A DNA stretch of 30,401 nucleotides, taken from positions 1 through 30,401 of the forward strand of contig CAZMPL010000002.1 in assembly GCA_964567805.1 (NCBI GenBank). Reading direction: 5' to 3'. The translations under genes and the position numbers were made by a program. Numbering within the stretch: the first letter of the stretch is position 1; each line of letters starts with the position of its first letter. The notes under the pieces are model-generated. The model was not told where the DNA came from. It saw only the letters and a list, made by a program, of their open reading frames with translations, and searched no databases. Of the stretch, positions 25,996 to 30,401 are shown one piece after another. Source of the stretch: an uncultured Pirellulales bacterium (GTDB lineage: Bacteria > Planctomycetota > Phycisphaerae > Sedimentisphaerales > Anaerobacaceae).

Positions 25996-27228
25996 TTATT
26001 TTCCATGAATCGCATCTGCTAATGCAGTAGCAAAATTTCTCGCAACCTGCGGACCCGCACAAGTAATTATCCGCAGATTCTCCTCGATAGGAGCAGTCGA
26101 ATAAACAGCCCCCGTCTGTGCAACACTCGTACTTAATTCTACAGGACAGGCAACTTTAACTCCCCTAAGAATCCCTGCATTGCCAAGAACTAATACCCCT
26201 GAAGAAGTTGCTCCAATTATCTTTCTTTTCTGTGAAGCATCACGAAGAAGATTGAGCACAACCAAATCGTTGTTGAACATAGCGGCACCCAATCCGCCTA
26301 TTACAATTATCGAATCGAAATTATCTGCCCTGATCTCATTTGCAGGCTTAGGGACATCGAACAAAGTCGAGTTTACGCCTCTTATTGGACCAATGCGATT
26401 ACTTACCACAGTGACAAGAATTTTAGCTGATTCAAGCATATTCTTTGTCTGCCAGAATTCCTCATCCTGAAAATTTTCACTCGGTACGATTATAGCAGCT
26501 CTTTTTGCTGTTGCGGCATTGGAATTTCCCGTGCCCTGCTCACTTGTGTAACCCACACAAACCATATACAAAATATCATAACCTTTTGGAAGATTACATA
26601 TTTTTGAAACATTGTTTTCCTCAAAAATACTTATTGAAATCGAACCGAGTCCATCAATGCACGCAGCTTGTAACTGTATATTCTGTGCGATATGACCGGC
26701 CTCGAGAAGCATTGCGCTTCTGGTATCCGTTGTCGCGGTTGTACCTCTTCGTACAGCAGTATTTCTTGTAACATTGGAAGTAATTATTATAACACAACCC
26801 GCGTTAGATACCGCTGGAGGCATTCCAGTTGCATTCGCAAGAGTTTGTCGAACGTCACCTTCTGTTATTTCTTCAAGGCTGTGATTAATCGGCTGGTAAT
26901 AAAATACGCCATCGTTGGCAACTATAAATAATTGCGTCGGAAAAGGTGATTCCAAAGGAGTAGGAGTACTTGGAGCAGTTCCAGGAATTACCCGGTTACC
27001 CAAACCGGCCCAAGCTAATTGACCGATTGTATTTTTGTCTATAGGTTGTCCTGTAAACCTATCGGCTGGACGCAAACTCGCAAGTGCTTCCTGGAAAGTC
27101 TTTCCACCGGTAGTAGAAGGTTTTGTCAACTGTACAATTTTCTGCACGGTAGAACGTGGTCGTCTTTGACCAAAACTAACGGCTGTAAAACACGCGATTA
27201 AAACCAAAAACAATATTTTACGTTTCAT
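25996..27228 (-). CDS. Secreted SagB/ThcOx-like nitroreductase - DJ-1/PfpI fusion protein
   Basis: Signal peptide (MKRKILFLVLIACFTAVSFG); GQLAWAGLG and LEAGHIAQNIQLQA (SagB-like); ENFQDEE, FDSIIVIGG and IITCAGP (DJ-1/PfpI); GGAGG RBS. Confidence 0.8.
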   Translation of the reverse strand: MKRKILFLVLIACFTAVSFGQRRPRSTVQKIVQLTKPSTTGGKTFQEALASLRPADRFTGQPIDKNTIGQLAWAGLGNRVIPGTAPSTPTPLESPFPTQLFIVANDGVFYYQPINHSLEEITEGDVRQTLANATGMPPAVSNAGCVIIITSNVTRNTAVRRGTTATTDTRSAMLLEAGHIAQNIQLQAACIDGLGSISISIFEENNVSKICNLPKGYDILYMVCVGYTSEQGTGNSNAATAKRAAIIVPSENFQDEEFWQTKNMLESAKILVTVVSNRIGPIRGVNSTLFDVPKPANEIRADNFDSIIVIGGLGAAMFNNDLVVLNLLRDASQKRKIIGATSSGVLVLGNAGILRGVKVACPVELSTSVAQTGAVYSTAPIEENLRIITCAGPQVARNFATALADAIHGK

Positions 27229-27278
27229 ATTCTTTATCCTCCAAAACTGATTTCGTTCCGGCTAAATTTAATAAATAT

Positions 27279-27306
27279 ATTATACACGAAATTTCAGATT
27301 TGTCAT
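27279..27306 (-). promoter_or_regulatory. Promoter candidate for the nitroreductase-DJ-1 gene
   Basis: Minus strand ATGACA (27301-27306), N16, TATAAT (27279-27284). Confidence 0.45.
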
Positions 27307-27530
27307 GTTTTTTATCTCTATTCCACCATAAAGTTCTTCAATATAATAAGTTATATCGTCCAAATGAGAATTATTCTTCGTATTTTTTACGTCTTATAAA
27401 AAATACTGTTGATTATTATGGTCAGAAGAAATAAATAAGGAACAAACTCTCGATAGGCAAATTGACTGATTCTATAGAATTGAGTCAAAAAAAATATGAA
27501 ACCAGAACCAGAATCTGAATGCAGTTTCTT

Positions 27531-27665
27531 TTACATAGAAAAACCTGAAGTGATTTTTAAATAAGTGAAAATACTTATAACCAGAAAACCGATCCAGAGA
27601 TATACTCCCGCGAGAATTGAAAAGAAAATTGCCGCTTCGTCAAATATTTTGATAACCTTTCGCAT
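27531..27665 (-). CDS. Small hydrophobic membrane protein, 44 aa (absent from ORF track)
   Basis: Hand translation gives MRKVIKIFDEAAIFFSILAGVYLWIGFLVISIFTYLKITSGFSM*. A perfect AGGAGG lies 5 nt upstream. Confidence 0.6.
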   Translation of the reverse strand: MRKVIKIFDEAAIFFSILAGVYLWIGFLVISIFTYLKITSGFSM

Positions 27666-27795
27666 TTTTTCCTCCTAAAAAGCGAAATTATGTCAATATA
27701 GAACCTTCTCTATTTAAAATATAACCCACTTTTCAAAAAATGCAAAAAAAACGCCAAAAAAGCTTTTTATCAAAAAAACAGGTTTTTTATTATCA

Positions 27796-27824
27796 TTGAC
27801 TACTTTACCTCGACCTTTTATATT
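27796..27824 (+). promoter_or_regulatory. Promoter candidate for gnd
   Basis: TTGACT (27796-27801), N17, TATATT (27819-27824). Confidence 0.5.
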
Positions 27825-27918
27825 ATTTACGTTTGATTAATAAGCTTTCGAAGCTTAAAGAAGTATCATATCCAGATACGTACTATTTTTACTGAAATAA
27901 TTCATTAGGAGAAATAAA

Positions 27919-29370
27919 ATGTCTAAAGCAGATATCGGCCTTGTAGGTTTGGCTGTTATGGGTGAAAATCTGATTCTTAATATGGAAAGCAAAGGTTTTA
28001 CAGTCGCATGTTTTAATCGTACCGTTTCAAAAGTGGACAATTTTATGAATACCAGAGCAAAAGGCAAAAAAATCATCGGATGCCATTCAATCGAAGAACT
28101 TGTCGCGAATCTCAAAAGACCTCGCAAAATTATGCTTATGGTCAAAGCCGGAGCCGCGGTTGATGATTTTATCGAATTGATATTACCTCATCTCGAAGAC
28201 GGCGATATAATCATAGACGGCGGAAACTCTCATTTCCCGGATACAATTCGCCGCACTAAATATGTCGAGAGCAAAGGCAAACTTTATATCGGCACAGGTG
28301 TTTCCGGCGGTGAAGAAGGCGCCCTGCTCGGACCATCGATTATGCCCGGAGGTTCACCTGCGGCATGGGAACATGTAAAACCAATATTCCAGTCAATTTG
28401 TGCAAAAACAGACAACGGCGAACCGTGCTGCGAATGGGTCGGCGAAAATGGTGCGGGACATTTCGTAAAAATGGTTCATAACGGAATCGAATACGGTGAC
28501 ATGCAGATGATTTGCGAAACATACCAGATGATGAAAGACGGCCTTGGTATGACAAACAGCGAAATGCACGATTGTTTCGCGAAATGGAATGAAGGAGAAC
28601 TTAACTCATATCTTATCGAGATAACTCGTGACATTCTCGGTTATAAAGATGAAGATGGAAACGAAGTTGTTGACCTTATACTCGATGCCGCAGGCCAAAA
28701 AGGAACTGGAAAATGGACCGCTATCACGGCGCTGGACCAGGGACAGCCTTTAACTCTTATCGGCGAAGCTGTTTTCGCTCGCTGTTTATCCGCACTAAAA
28801 GACGAACGAGTAAAAGCGGCAAAAGTTCTAAAAGGACCTAAAGCAAAATTCAAAGGCGACAAAGCAAAATTCCTGAATGATTTACAGCAGGCACTTTACG
28901 CGTCAAAAATCATAAGCTACGCACAGGGTTATCAGCTTATGAGAGCAGCGGCGGCTGAATACAAATGGAACCTCAATTACGGCGGAATCGCTCTTATGTG
29001 GCGAGGCGGCTGTATTATTCGCTCTGTCTTTTTAGGAAAAATCAAAGACGCTTACAAGAAAAAACCGAAACTGGAAAATCTTCTCCTCGATCCATTCTTC
29101 AAATCGGCAATCAGGAAAGCTCAGGCTTCATGGCGACGTGTTGTTATGAACGCGGTCAAATTCGGAATACCAATGCCCACGATTACTTCGGCTCTTGAGT
29201 TCTACGATGGTTATCGTTCCGAGCGTTTACCTGCAAACATGCTCCAGGCACAGCGCGATTATTTCGGTGCACATACCTACGAGCGGGTTGACAAGCCAAG
29301 AGGTGAATTTTTCCATACAAACTGGACAGGTCACGGCGGCCAAACTTCCGCTTCGACTTATATAGTATAA
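27919..29370 (+). CDS. gnd: 6-phosphogluconate dehydrogenase, NADP-dependent, decarboxylating
   Basis: [49 protein letters not shown] and [10 protein letters not shown] motifs. Confidence 0.97.
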   Translation: MSKADIGLVGLAVMGENLILNMESKGFTVACFNRTVSKVDNFMNTRAKGKKIIGCHSIEELVANLKRPRKIMLMVKAGAAVDDFIELILPHLEDGDIIIDGGNSHFPDTIRRTKYVESKGKLYIGTGVSGGEEGALLGPSIMPGGSPAAWEHVKPIFQSICAKTDNGEPCCEWVGENGAGHFVKMVHNGIEYGDMQMICETYQMMKDGLGMTNSEMHDCFAKWNEGELNSYLIEITRDILGYKDEDGNEVVDLILDAAGQKGTGKWTAITALDQGQPLTLIGEAVFARCLSALKDERVKAAKVLKGPKAKFKGDKAKFLNDLQQALYASKIISYAQGYQLMRAAAAEYKWNLNYGGIALMWRGGCIIRSVFLGKIKDAYKKKPKLENLLLDPFFKSAIRKAQASWRRVVMNAVKFGIPMPTITSALEFYDGYRSERLPANMLQAQRDYFGAHTYERVDKPRGEFFHTNWTGHGGQTSASTYIV

Positions 29371-29382
29371 AATTAGTCTTAT

Positions 29383-29406
29383 CATGGGCAGGATGCCCAT
29401 GCCTCA
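29383..29406. repeat. Solo REP-like palindrome between convergent gnd and DUF3160 genes
   Basis: CATGGGCA-GGA-TGCCCATG (8-bp stem) followed by CCTCA; 20/24 identical to the right arm of the nfnB element. Confidence 0.75.
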
Positions 29407-29408
29407 AA

Positions 29409-30401
29409 TTAGTATTCAGGATATGGCATCAGTGATTGAAACCATGCTGGTTTTTCCGGTTTATCCGGAGAAACCAGCATTTCACGCCATGCTTCATCAG
29501 TAAGCCTGTTCTCCATAGGCTGCTTAAACTCATAATAAGACAATACAGGTCCAGCCGCCAAATAAACCGAACCGTCCGGAGTATTAAAAGCCGTAATAAT
29601 TAAATCAATATAACCAACACCTTCTTCTAACACTTTGCCTTCATTAATACCCGTATGAACATCAGCCACGAGAGTAGTTTTTATTCCCTGTTCATCTACA
29701 CCAAGTATCGCTCCTTCAAGAGTGTTTGCAAATTCAGCAATAAAAATATTATCCTCATCAGAAAGCGGCTGGTTTGTCAGTTCCTTATTGGTTATCTCAA
29801 GCAGACGAACAAGAATGTTTTCGAACTGTACGAGTCTTGTTAATGCTTCGGTTGATAAAGCATTCATGCTGTTTAAACCCTGTTTTGTCATTCTTGTCAG
29901 AGCTAATAATCTCCCAAAAAATTCCGGTACCGGTTCAACATAACCCGGAGGTAGTGGGGTAACACTTGTAACTCCCACAGTATAACTTTGTTTAGCATAA
30001 AGAATCGTATCATGCCGCAACTCGACCCATGATGCCAGCGCAGAGTTTAACTCTTTCTTCTGCCAGACTTGTGTTCGCATGAAATTCGGATATCCTTCGC
30101 CAAATTCAGTTGTTAATGATTTTAGAGTATAAAGCCAGCTCCAGTAAAGATTTCGATTCCAGTCGTTTACATCCATCGAATCAAATTCAACTTGTAATTT
30201 ATCGAATTGTACCTGGTAATCGTTGTAATCGGTTTCGCCCTGATTAATTAATATGTCCGCGGCTTGTGATGAGCCTAAAAGAGCCATAACATCCAATCCG
30301 CATGGATACTCTCTAAAACCCTGGTAATAAGTGAAAGGTATTGGATCCAAATCACCCGTATAAATTCCTACCTTGGGAAATACCAGATTCTGGAACATAT
30401 A
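29409..30401 (-). CDS. DUF3160 family protein, C-terminal part, 5' truncated by window edge
   Basis: NLYWSWLYTL, KKELNSALASWVELRHDTILYAKQSY, GYVEPVPEF and GPVLSYYEF motifs. The frame is still open at 30401. Confidence 0.8.
   Translation of the reverse strand, partial: YMFQNLVFPKVGIYTGDLDPIPFTYYQGFREYPCGLDVMALLGSSQAADILINQGETDYNDYQVQFDKLQVEFDSMDVNDWNRNLYWSWLYTLKSLTTEFGEGYPNFMRTQVWQKKELNSALASWVELRHDTILYAKQSYTVGVTSVTPLPPGYVEPVPEFFGRLLALTRMTKQGLNSMNALSTEALTRLVQFENILVRLLEITNKELTNQPLSDEDNIFIAEFANTLEGAILGVDEQGIKTTLVADVHTGINEGKVLEEGVGYIDLIITAFNTPDGSVYLAAGPVLSYYEFKQPMENRLTDEAWREMLVSPDKPEKPAWFQSLMPYPEY

Noticed and set aside
27756-27857. Recurring AAAGCTTT/AAGCTT palindromes in intergenic DNA (also near 1510, 16063, 21630) and TAAGCTT-TCG-AAGCTTA in the gnd leader
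   Set aside because: They are short, A/T-flanked and inconsistently placed relative to promoters; enrichment cannot be shown without counting.
1-30401. CRISPR array, tRNA, rRNA, IS element or prophage
   Set aside because: No regularly spaced repeats, cloverleaf, transposase or integrase motifs were seen; the large intergenic gaps are explained by promoters and small ORFs.

Overview
AT-rich bacterial chromosomal window. The pilin families suggest an anaerobic planctomycete (Phycisphaerae/Sedimentisphaerales-like); this is inference. The centre holds a type IV filament locus. The minus strand carries pilB-pilC, three GspG-like pilins and H/I/J/K-like minor pilins. Divergent from it is pilT, followed by a membrane-anchored PilB paralog whose catalytic motifs are all degenerate, then a CvpA-fusion gene. 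The flanks encode a PIN/TRAM protein (partial), a DUF1559-like prepilin, a membrane polyferredoxin, DUF2752, suhB, nfnAB, nadE, a secreted nitroreductase-DJ-1 fusion with both active sites apparently lost, gnd and a partial DUF3160 protein. Observations the ORF track does not show: a GC-rich REP-like doublet sitting in frame (17 codons) inside nfnB, with a solo copy after gnd; two small ORFs with good RBSs (49 and 44 aa); and a tandem NrdR-box-like pair with no ribonucleotide reductase gene in the window. No rRNA, tRNA, CRISPR array or transposase was recognised. Family assignments come from motif recognition, not database searches.
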